Under the pieces are notes generated by a model that searched no databases, was not told the origin of the DNA, and saw only the letters and a program-made list of their open reading frames with translations. The position numbers and the translations under genes were made by a program. This document shows, piece by piece, positions 1 to 8,301 of a DNA stretch of 64,000 nucleotides (position 1 is the stretch's first letter; every line of letters begins with the position of its first letter). The DNA is from a virus (lineage: Duplodnaviria > Caudoviricetes): positions 9,288 through 73,287 of IMG/VR virus record IMGVR_UViG_3300027892_002613; one strand, given 5' to 3'.

Positions 1-1
1 A

Positions 2-673
2 AGAGTATTCTTTGAACCAAAGCCTGCATTAGCTCGTTTCTTTGACCCTTATGCAATTAGTGGTATGGGTACTTTAAATATCACTCAGGAGTTCGGATTC
101 AGTTCGTTCAGTACTGCTACCCAATTCGTATTAATGCCGTTCTATGAAGACCTCTTGAGGATTCAGGCTATAGAGTTTAACGACCAAATTAGAAAATCAG
201 CACATACGTTTAGTATTGTAAATGGTAAACTTAAAATATTCCCTGTCCCAACAACTAATCAAAAACTATGGTTTGAATACTATGTTAGAGATGAGTATGA
301 TACGAATTCATTAGGGCTTAGAGATGGCAGAGTATCCGATTATTCAAATATAGGATATGATTTTATACCGTATCAAAGAATTAATGATGTGGGAAGACAG
401 TGGATTAGAAAATATACATTAGCTTTATGTAAGGAATTATTAGGAGCAATTAGAGAGAAATATAGTAGTATCCCTATTCCAGGTGGAGAAACTACATTGG
501 ATGGTGCTCAATTAAGAGCGGAAGCAACTACTGAAAAAGAAAATCTAGTAACTCAATTAAGAGAGAATTTAGATGAGGTTTCAAGAAAAAAGATTTTTGA
601 AAATAAAGCTGCAGAAGCAAACCAACAAATGGAAATGTTGCAGAAAGCACCTTTAGCAATATTTGTAGGATAA
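2..673 (+). CDS. Neck/head-tail adaptor protein (T4 gp13-like), 5'-truncated by the window
   Basis: The frame is open from base 2 (RVFFEPKPALARFFDPYAISGM...). The C-terminal WIRKYTLALCKELLG..R.KY..IPIPGGETTLDG motif is typical of gp13-like neck proteins. It precedes gp14/gp15-like genes. Confidence 0.75.
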   Translation, partial: RVFFEPKPALARFFDPYAISGMGTLNITQEFGFSSFSTATQFVLMPFYEDLLRIQAIEFNDQIRKSAHTFSIVNGKLKIFPVPTTNQKLWFEYYVRDEYDTNSLGLRDGRVSDYSNIGYDFIPYQRINDVGRQWIRKYTLALCKELLGAIREKYSSIPIPGGETTLDGAQLRAEATTEKENLVTQLRENLDEVSRKKIFENKAAEANQQMEMLQKAPLAIFVG

Positions 674-674
674 T

Positions 675-1130
675 ATGCCACGATTTAACTCCGCAAGGGA
701 CATACGTTTTTTTGAACAAGTATCAACTGAAATGGTTAATGATGTAATCGAAACATTGGTTACATTATTTAAAATCAATTCAGCGGAAACTTCTTATAAC
801 CTATATGGTGAGAGCTTGGATAAGCAGTATTATAGAGGATTGGATACATACACTATAATAGAAAGAGCACCTACGGAAACTAATTATGAGGGGTTTGGTG
901 CGGATACGAGTAGAACTTCTAATTTCAGATTTAATAGACATACTTTAATAGATGCAAATTTCTATCCTGAAGTTGGTGATTTAATTTTATTAGATAGTTC
1001 TTATTATGAGGTATCCAATGTTAATGAAGACCAATGGATAGGTGGAGGATACCAAAACAAATTCTCTGTTATATGTGAAACATTTATTACTAGAAATAGT
1101 GCAATTAATATTGAAGAAAGAGTACGATAA
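675..1130 (+). CDS. Head closure/neck protein (gp14-like)
   Basis: NLYGES..K.Y and YPEVGDLI motifs; lies between the gp13-like and gp15-like genes. Confidence 0.65.
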   Translation: MPRFNSARDIRFFEQVSTEMVNDVIETLVTLFKINSAETSYNLYGESLDKQYYRGLDTYTIIERAPTETNYEGFGADTSRTSNFRFNRHTLIDANFYPEVGDLILLDSSYYEVSNVNEDQWIGGGYQNKFSVICETFITRNSAINIEERVR

Positions 1131-2008
1131 TGGCAGATAAAAACTTTTCAAAAATAGTAAAGCAGGATGAACAGGAAATGTTCTCTATATCATTAGTTGA
1201 TATAGATAGTACTATTGCATCCTATATGGAAACCCACATCATTCCTGAAGTAGAACAAAATAAATCTAAAGTTAAAGTTCCATTAATATATGGTAATGCT
1301 GAAAGATGGAAAGGGGCTCAAAAAGATGGATACTTAAAAGATAAATTGGGAAAAATTCAAATCCCACTTATTATGTTTAAGAGAAACTCTTTTGCTAAAA
1401 ATGAGGCAATGAAGTTCTTAAAGGATGATAAGATTACATATCCAACTATTAGAAAGTTTTCGAATAAAAATGCATACGATAGGTTTTCATTACTTAATTC
1501 GGAATTCAAAAAGAGATATGAAACATTTGATGTAAAGATGCCTGATTACGTTACCGTCACTTATGAAGTAATGGTATGGACAAACTTTACAGAACATAAT
1601 AATAAAATCATAGAACAATTCCAATATTTTACTGATAGATATTGGGGTGAAGATGATAGATATAAATTCAGAGTTATGATTGATAACTTTGATAACCAAC
1701 AAGAAGTAGGAGCAGGAACGGAGAGAATAATAAGAACTACATTCACTATGAGTGTAAATGCTTATCTATTACCTAAGAGAGCTGATAATGTTCCTACTAC
1801 ACAAAAAGGATTTACAATTAGAAAGGTTGTGGTAACTAATGAGGTTTTATTACAAGGAGGAGATGGTTATGATTTGAATGGTAGAGTTGAACCAACTACT
1901 AATAGAATAGTAGACGAGATATTAAGTAATAATAATTTAATTCCGGAAGGTTCACCATTTGATGCTACCGAACTTCAAGATGAAAACGGAAACCCGATAC
2001 AACTATAA
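1130..2008 (+). CDS. Tail terminator / sheath stabiliser (gp15-like)
   Basis: KVPLIYGNAERW, QIPLIMFKR, PDYVTVTYEVMVWT...NKIIEQ motifs and gene order. Confidence 0.65.
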   Translation: MADKNFSKIVKQDEQEMFSISLVDIDSTIASYMETHIIPEVEQNKSKVKVPLIYGNAERWKGAQKDGYLKDKLGKIQIPLIMFKRNSFAKNEAMKFLKDDKITYPTIRKFSNKNAYDRFSLLNSEFKKRYETFDVKMPDYVTVTYEVMVWTNFTEHNNKIIEQFQYFTDRYWGEDDRYKFRVMIDNFDNQQEVGAGTERIIRTTFTMSVNAYLLPKRADNVPTTQKGFTIRKVVVTNEVLLQGGDGYDLNGRVEPTTNRIVDEILSNNNLIPEGSPFDATELQDENGNPIQL

Positions 2009-2023
2009 AAATATATTTAAGAC

Positions 2024-4471
2024 ATGCCTAAAATTTCACAATTACCAACACTCGAAACCATAACAACCGGAAGTATAATTCCAGTTGTAGAAAATTCAAT
2101 AACACAGAAGTTATCAGTAGGTAAACTATATGAATTCCTTAGTGGAACTTTAGACCAAACATTTGCTACGGAAATAGAATTGATGTTAAGTGCATCTTCA
2201 TTAGTAACTACTTCATCGTTCAATGCTTATACTGCATCAGCTAATACATCTTCATTAGTAACTACATCTTCATTTAATTCATATACATCTTCAAATGATG
2301 GAAAGTGGAATACATTGGGAGGACAAACGGGTTCATTTGTAACAGAAGCGGAGACGGGTAGTTTTGTAACTAATGTATCGATGTTTTTATCTAAATCAGC
2401 ATTTGATACTTACACAGGAAGTGCTGCAAATGCAGTTAGTTCTGCTATCAATACAGCTACTTCATCATTGAGTTCATCTAATGCGGCTTTAGATAATATA
2501 CAATTATTTACATCATCATTCAATACATTTACATCATCGGTTAATTCTACTACGCAATCTTTAAATAATTTTACTGCGAGTGTAATTGCAACCGGTTCAA
2601 ATATAAACTCATTCACCGCAAGTGTAAACGGAAAGACGGGTTCATATGCGACAACCGGTTCAAATATTTTTATTGGCACACAAACTATAACCGGTTCATT
2701 AAACGTAAGTGGTAACACTGTTTTAAGTGGTTCATTGACCATAACTGGTAGTATAGTTGGTGCAAATAATTTAGTAACTACATCTTCATTCAATGCTTAT
2801 ACTGCATCAGTAGTAAGTGTTAATACATCTTCATTAGCAACTACTGCTTCATTAAATTCATATACATCTTCAAATGATGGAAAGTGGAATACATTAGGTG
2901 GTCAAACAGGTTCATTTGTAACAGAAGCGGAGACAGGTAGTTTTGTGACTAATGTATCGATGTTCTTATCTAAATCGGCATTTGATACTTACACAGGAAG
3001 TGCAGCAAATGCAGTTAGTTCTGCTATTAATGCAGCTACTGCATCATTTAATTCATATACATCTTCAAATGATGGAAAGTGGAATACATTAGGTGGTCAA
3101 ACAGGTTCATTTGTAACTACATCTTCATTCAATTCATTTAGTAGTTCGATTAATACAACAACTGCTTCATTAAATACTTTTAGTGCGAGTGTAATTGCTA
3201 CCGGTTCATTAATTAATACATTCACCGCAAGTGTAAACGGAAAGACAGGTTCATTTGCAACAACGGGTTCAAATACATTTATAGGTAACCAAACAATAAG
3301 TGGTTCTCTAAATATTACATCCACCGGTTCGGTTCAACCATCAATAGGAGATAGTCTTGAGGGTGGAAAGGTGGCGTACATACTAACATCTAGCGATGCC
3401 GGATATGACCCAACTTTAATTAAAGGTATTATAGTAGCAACAACAGACCAAAGTACCGGAATTCAATGGTATAATGGTGCTTTTACAACCACTTCAGCAA
3501 CAGGAACTGCTATAGGAACGGGGTTATCCAATACAGATGCCATTATTGCAAGTCAAGGAGCTGTTACTACTAATTATGCAGCAGGATTAGCGAGAGCATA
3601 TGGAGGTGGGGGTTATTCAGATTGGTTTTTACCATCTAAAGATGAACTTAATCAATTATATCTAAATAGAGTTGCTATTGGGGGTTTTGCGAGTGCCTTC
3701 TATTGGAGTTCTACGGAGGCCACCCAATTCTTCACGTGGAGGCAGAACTTAAATACTGGTGTTCAGGACACCCTCGGTAAGAGTGGGCTAATGTATGTTC
3801 GCGCCATTAGGACTTTTTCAATCCCTGCATTAACTGTGGTTGCGTTGGGTAGTAATACAACGATATCCGGTTCGTTAACTATAACTGGTTCGGTTAATAT
3901 AAGTGGTTCTACGAATATTACTCAATATTTAACTGTAGGGGGTAACATAATTAATTCATCAACTGCAACTTCATTGACTTTAGATGGTGAAAATGTAACA
4001 GTTACTGGTGATTTATCTGTAGGTGGAAATGATATTAAATCAAATATAGGAACAACTGCAATCACATTAAGTGGTTCATCTGTTTCTATGCCAGGTCCTG
4101 TTACCATAACCGGTTCATTAAATGTAAGTGGTTCATTAATAGTAACTGGAAGTGCGAGAGGAAATGTAGTTCCAATAACTATTGTATCCTCAACTGCATC
4201 ATTAGATATGACTTCAGGTAGTTACTTCACCCTAACTCTTGCGAACACTACGAATACACACATTAGAGCTACAAGCATAACACCTGGAATAAGTGCAACA
4301 CTTTTAATTACAACGGGTACAAACTCATCTGCATCATTATCACCTTTATTATTACAACCATCTGGTAGTTCTTATACTGCTTCATTAGGTAGTGGTAAAA
4401 AAGATGTACTTTCATTGGTCGCATTTGATTCAACAAATATGTATGTAGTATCAACTAAAGCAATGCAATAA
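2024..4471 (+). CDS. Tail fibre/virion protein with internal repeats and an internal DUF1566 (CLec-fold) domain; probable DGR target
   Basis: N-terminal KISQLP motif; Ser/Thr-rich repeats; segment IGDSLEGGKVAYI...GYSDWFLPSKDELNQLY...YWSSTE...W...YVRAIRTF matches DUF1566/Lcl-C. Confidence 0.75.
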   Translation: MPKISQLPTLETITTGSIIPVVENSITQKLSVGKLYEFLSGTLDQTFATEIELMLSASSLVTTSSFNAYTASANTSSLVTTSSFNSYTSSNDGKWNTLGGQTGSFVTEAETGSFVTNVSMFLSKSAFDTYTGSAANAVSSAINTATSSLSSSNAALDNIQLFTSSFNTFTSSVNSTTQSLNNFTASVIATGSNINSFTASVNGKTGSYATTGSNIFIGTQTITGSLNVSGNTVLSGSLTITGSIVGANNLVTTSSFNAYTASVVSVNTSSLATTASLNSYTSSNDGKWNTLGGQTGSFVTEAETGSFVTNVSMFLSKSAFDTYTGSAANAVSSAINAATASFNSYTSSNDGKWNTLGGQTGSFVTTSSFNSFSSSINTTTASLNTFSASVIATGSLINTFTASVNGKTGSFATTGSNTFIGNQTISGSLNITSTGSVQPSIGDSLEGGKVAYILTSSDAGYDPTLIKGIIVATTDQSTGIQWYNGAFTTTSATGTAIGTGLSNTDAIIASQGAVTTNYAAGLARAYGGGGYSDWFLPSKDELNQLYLNRVAIGGFASAFYWSSTEATQFFTWRQNLNTGVQDTLGKSGLMYVRAIRTFSIPALTVVALGSNTTISGSLTITGSVNISGSTNITQYLTVGGNIINSSTATSLTLDGENVTVTGDLSVGGNDIKSNIGTTAITLSGSSVSMPGPVTITGSLNVSGSLIVTGSARGNVVPITIVSSTASLDMTSGSYFTLTLANTTNTHIRATSITPGISATLLITTGTNSSASLSPLLLQPSGSSYTASLGSGKKDVLSLVAFDSTNMYVVSTKAMQ
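2197..3125 (+). repeat. Intragenic direct repeats: about 260 bp unit at ~2197-2460 and ~2770-3040, with a third partial copy at ~3045-3125
   Basis: Near-identical DNA encodes SFNSYTSSNDGKWNTLGGQTGSFVTEAETGSFVTNVSMFLSKSAFDTYTGSAANAVSSAIN twice, and SSNDGKWNTLGGQTGSFVT a third time. Confidence 0.9.
3683..3817 (+). other. Putative DGR variable region (VR) inside the DUF1566 domain
   Basis: Encodes GFASAFYWSSTEATQFFTWRQNLNTGVQDTLGKSGLMYVRAIRTF. Hand count gives 66/130 G+C over 3681-3810, against AT-rich flanks. Many codons at positions that are Asn in typical DUF1566 templates are NNC/NNT. Confidence 0.7.
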
Positions 4472-4472
4472 T

Positions 4473-5171
4473 ATGATATTTCAAAACTTTGGATTTAATC
4501 AAAATTATCCAATCGCCGCAGCTATTAATTTTAATTTAATTTTTGATTTGGATGCAGCTAACTTTGCTGCCGTTCCAACTAGTGGTGTATCAACAGATGC
4601 AACTGGTACTTATACATTAACATCAAATGCTGGTGCTTCTCTTACTTGGAATAGTGCTAATGGTGGAACATTCGCTAAATCAAATAGTACAGGAACGGAT
4701 TTTATCGTTGGTGGGCCAAACTATGTTACCGCACAAAGTTATACGGTATTTATGGCATATAAGTTATCGGCAACCGCATCCGGTAGATTATTAAACACAC
4801 AGAGTGAAGCAACTAAGGATTGGTTAATGGGTGCATATAATGGAAACCCAAAAACATTCTATCCAAACTTTTCTGTAAACTTACCAGGAAGCGGTGCTGA
4901 TACCGTTTGGCATTTAGATTGGGCAACGTGGGATACGATAACTAGTACCGGTAAATTATATGCATCGACAACTACTGCACCAACTACTCATTCTTTTACA
5001 GCAACAAGTGGTGGTGGAGGTGGATTCAACCAATTAAGATTATTCAGCCGTTCAGGTGGATTTGAAGTTCAATCAGGAAATATCGCATTCGTTAAAGTAT
5101 ATAATGGAGTATTGGATATAGCAAGCATTCAGGCTTTACACGCAACTCACAAAGCGAGATTCGGATATTAA
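4473..5171 (+). CDS. Virion structural protein with LamG/concanavalin-A-like domain
   Basis: LIFDLDAAN start, YTVFMAYK and C-terminal GNIAFVKVYNGVL..IQALH pattern of phage LamG-like proteins. Confidence 0.55.
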   Translation: MIFQNFGFNQNYPIAAAINFNLIFDLDAANFAAVPTSGVSTDATGTYTLTSNAGASLTWNSANGGTFAKSNSTGTDFIVGGPNYVTAQSYTVFMAYKLSATASGRLLNTQSEATKDWLMGAYNGNPKTFYPNFSVNLPGSGADTVWHLDWATWDTITSTGKLYASTTTAPTTHSFTATSGGGGGFNQLRLFSRSGGFEVQSGNIAFVKVYNGVLDIASIQALHATHKARFGY

Positions 5172-5234
5172 AATATTGGATAATTGGAAAGAGTTATATT
5201 TATAGAAGTATAAGAAATCTACAACTACAGATAA

Positions 5235-7901
5235 ATGGCATTATTACAGATAAGAAGGGGTAATAACGGAACTAAGGGTACACTACAATATGGTGAACCT
5301 TTCTTTAATTCAACCTTACAAACAGTTCAATTCGGAGCAAGTGGGAGTGAAGAGGTAACCCTCGTTAAATTAAATACAGGCATAGCAGGTATTAATACGT
5401 GGGGAAGTTCATCTGTGTTCGAAAACTCAGGTTCACTTTCGGTGACAGGAAATATTACTGCTTCTAATGCTTACTTTAGAGGAGATGTTACTATTAGTGG
5501 TAGTCTTAAATTAGGAGATAATGATACTGATTCTGTAACCGTTGTAGCAGATTTCACTTCCGACCTTATCCCAAACCAATCAGCTAGTTTTGATTTAGGA
5601 ACTGCTGCAAAATATTGGAATACTGCCTATTTAGGTTCACTTTCATTAGCTGCATTAGCAGGAGTGGATGCACCAAATAATATAGTATTTGTTAATGCGG
5701 TAAATCAATTAACAGCATCAAATGATTTCGAATACATTGAGGGAGCAAAATTAAGATTAGGTTCTGGTTCACAAGATAGATTTTGGGTAGAACCAAATAC
5801 GGGTAATACTTTTGCAAGTGGTAACCTTTATGTAAGTGGAACTACTGGTATTATATTAAAGGGTAATATTTCATCTTCCGGTGGAAATTTATTTATGGTT
5901 AGTGGTGTATTTGCTAACTTAAATCCATCGTTTAATCCATCCGCAGCAGATAATGGATTGGTATTTACTCAAGGAGGTTCTTTGGTAAATATGTCCGGTA
6001 TTAGATATTTCAATGCACAGGAACAATTTAACATTGGTAATGGTAAATTCATTGTAGAAGGTACTAATGGTAATGTATTCTCAAGTGGAACATTACATGT
6101 ATTAGGGCAAGTATCAGGTTCATCTGCGATATTAACACAAACATTACAAGTTGATGGTGCAACTACACTTAATAATCAACTAAGTGTATTGGGTGCAGGT
6201 GGTAGGGTTAATATTAATCAAGATTTAAGAGCAGATGGTAGTGGTTCGTTTGGTAATGGATTAACCGTAACCGGTAGTGTTCTTCTTAATGCAGGAAATA
6301 TAGGAACAACACAGATTAGTGGAAACCTATTTATTGGAAGTAATTCACAAACGAGTATCACAAGTATTAGTGGTGCATTTTCACAGGAATATTCTGGAAG
6401 TACTTTAGAAATTTTACATAAGAGAATATCACCTTTCAGAAATGCTAGTATAATATTTGATGATGATAACTCTCCTATTATTGCTGGAGCACCTGGTAAA
6501 ATAGTATTAAGAAATCAAAGTACAGATGGTGTTTTAGATTCACAGATAACTACCGGAGTAACAAGTAGTGGTATAGTTGTATCAAATGGAGGAGGAAGTG
6601 CAGGTTCAGTTAACATAGCATACGCAACTCCTGGAGATAATACATCGGTTAGAGTAAACATTGGTGCAACTAATGGTATCGCTTTAAATAATAGAACTCA
6701 ATTAACATCAAATTTATCGGTAACGGGTTCTACAATATTAGCAGGTGGATTAACTACTAATACAACTAATGTTTTAATAAATGGTACTGGTAATAATGCA
6801 GGTAATATTCAAAACTTTAATACCGCATCATTTGGATTAGTAAACGTTTCATCTTCACTTTATGTAACCGGTTCAACAACTATTTTAGGTGTTGTAAATA
6901 TTGGAGATTTAGCGACTAGTGCTAGTGGATTAATTGAAGGTAGTGCATCTATAGCGGGAGATTTAACCGTAAGAGGTAATTCAGTTTATTTAGGAGTAAG
7001 TAGAGTTTCTGCTGAAGCTAAATTAATTGAAATTGGAAGTGGTTCTACAATACCTTCTCAAGTAGAAGGAGCTGGTTTATTTATAAGTGGAGCTAGTGCT
7101 CAATTTGTTTATAGAGAAGTTGGTGATAGAATGTTCCTTAACAAAGGTTTAAAAATCGAAGGAGATTCTATTAGTGGATTTGGTTTACAAGTTTCTGCAT
7201 CTACATACTTAACAGGTAATTTAGAAGTAAGTGGTAACTTAGGTGTATATGGTAATATAAACTTAGGAAATGTTACTATTACAAATACCGCTTCTATTCA
7301 ACACTTAATTGTAAACAATAATATTTCAGGTGGTAATAATCTTAATATTGCTAATAACGCAGCGATATCTGGTAACTTAACTATATTTGGTAATGAGATA
7401 GTAAACGGAACACTAAAATCAAATGGTGCAACTGCTTTACATTCTACATTAAATGTTAGTGGAGCGGTAGGATTAAATAGTACATTAAGAGTAACAGGTT
7501 CTACTGCAATAACAGGAGGATTATTTGTAAGTGGTAATACTGAATTAAGTTCTTCATTAACTGTTAAAGAGTATTCTTTCTTTGAAAAGAATATGAGAGT
7601 AAGTGGAAACTTACAAGTTGATGGTAACCTTGAAATATTAGGAGATGTTACACAACTTCAGGTTTCTAACCTACAGATTGAAGATAAGAATATTATCATA
7701 GCAAGTGGTTCGTTATCATCTTTACAATCTGCTGATGCAGGTTTAACGATTTTAGGGCCTACTACACCTATACAATTTGTTTGGGACCACACTAATCAAC
7801 GAATGAATCTTAATAAAAATTTCAATATTAGTGGAAGTTTATTAGTTCAGGGAGATGATATAATAGATACTGCGGTTGCATTGGCAATTGCATTAGGATA
7901 A
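5235..7901 (+). CDS. Tail fibre/structural protein (beta-rich, G(N/S)L.V.G repeats)
   Basis: N-terminal LQIRRG...LQYGEPFF fibre-attachment-type motif, many GNLxVxG repeats, C-terminal AVALAIALG. Confidence 0.65.
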   Translation: MALLQIRRGNNGTKGTLQYGEPFFNSTLQTVQFGASGSEEVTLVKLNTGIAGINTWGSSSVFENSGSLSVTGNITASNAYFRGDVTISGSLKLGDNDTDSVTVVADFTSDLIPNQSASFDLGTAAKYWNTAYLGSLSLAALAGVDAPNNIVFVNAVNQLTASNDFEYIEGAKLRLGSGSQDRFWVEPNTGNTFASGNLYVSGTTGIILKGNISSSGGNLFMVSGVFANLNPSFNPSAADNGLVFTQGGSLVNMSGIRYFNAQEQFNIGNGKFIVEGTNGNVFSSGTLHVLGQVSGSSAILTQTLQVDGATTLNNQLSVLGAGGRVNINQDLRADGSGSFGNGLTVTGSVLLNAGNIGTTQISGNLFIGSNSQTSITSISGAFSQEYSGSTLEILHKRISPFRNASIIFDDDNSPIIAGAPGKIVLRNQSTDGVLDSQITTGVTSSGIVVSNGGGSAGSVNIAYATPGDNTSVRVNIGATNGIALNNRTQLTSNLSVTGSTILAGGLTTNTTNVLINGTGNNAGNIQNFNTASFGLVNVSSSLYVTGSTTILGVVNIGDLATSASGLIEGSASIAGDLTVRGNSVYLGVSRVSAEAKLIEIGSGSTIPSQVEGAGLFISGASAQFVYREVGDRMFLNKGLKIEGDSISGFGLQVSASTYLTGNLEVSGNLGVYGNINLGNVTITNTASIQHLIVNNNISGGNNLNIANNAAISGNLTIFGNEIVNGTLKSNGATALHSTLNVSGAVGLNSTLRVTGSTAITGGLFVSGNTELSSSLTVKEYSFFEKNMRVSGNLQVDGNLEILGDVTQLQVSNLQIEDKNIIIASGSLSSLQSADAGLTILGPTTPIQFVWDHTNQRMNLNKNFNISGSLLVQGDDIIDTAVALAIALG

Positions 7902-7938
7902 ACTAAATAACTTAATAATTATATATAATTAAAAACAA

Positions 7939-8271
7939 ATGGCAAACTTTTTCAAAAATAGCTTAGAAAGTGGGGTAGGAACTGCGGGAGCAGTTGCATA
8001 CACTTGTCCAGCAGGTAGAACTTCTACAGTCATAGGAGTATCTGTGGCTAATATAGCTGCAGCAGATGTTGGATTAACGGTAAAGGCACATGATGTTTCT
8101 ACCGCTGATATTTCGCATGTAATCAAAGGATTTATCGTTGCTGAAAATTCAACATTAGTGTTATTTGGTGGCGACCAAAAATTAGTATTAGAAGCAGGAG
8201 ATTTTATTTCGGTAACAGGTTCAGCAAATACTGCTTTCGATGTAATTGTATCTGTTTTGGAACAGGGGTAA
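7939..8271 (+). CDS. Small virion structural protein
   Basis: MANFFKN...YTCPAG..STVIG..VAN...KLVLEAGD pattern, which usually follows genes ending in 'ALAIALG' in large phages. Confidence 0.55.
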   Translation: MANFFKNSLESGVGTAGAVAYTCPAGRTSTVIGVSVANIAAADVGLTVKAHDVSTADISHVIKGFIVAENSTLVLFGGDQKLVLEAGDFISVTGSANTAFDVIVSVLEQG

Positions 8272-8301
8272 TAAATAAACAAAATAAAATTCTTTTCTTA
8301 A

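Noticed and set aside
2197-3125. Repeats considered as a possible CRISPR array
   Set aside because: They are long, in-frame coding duplications with no repeat-spacer periodicity.
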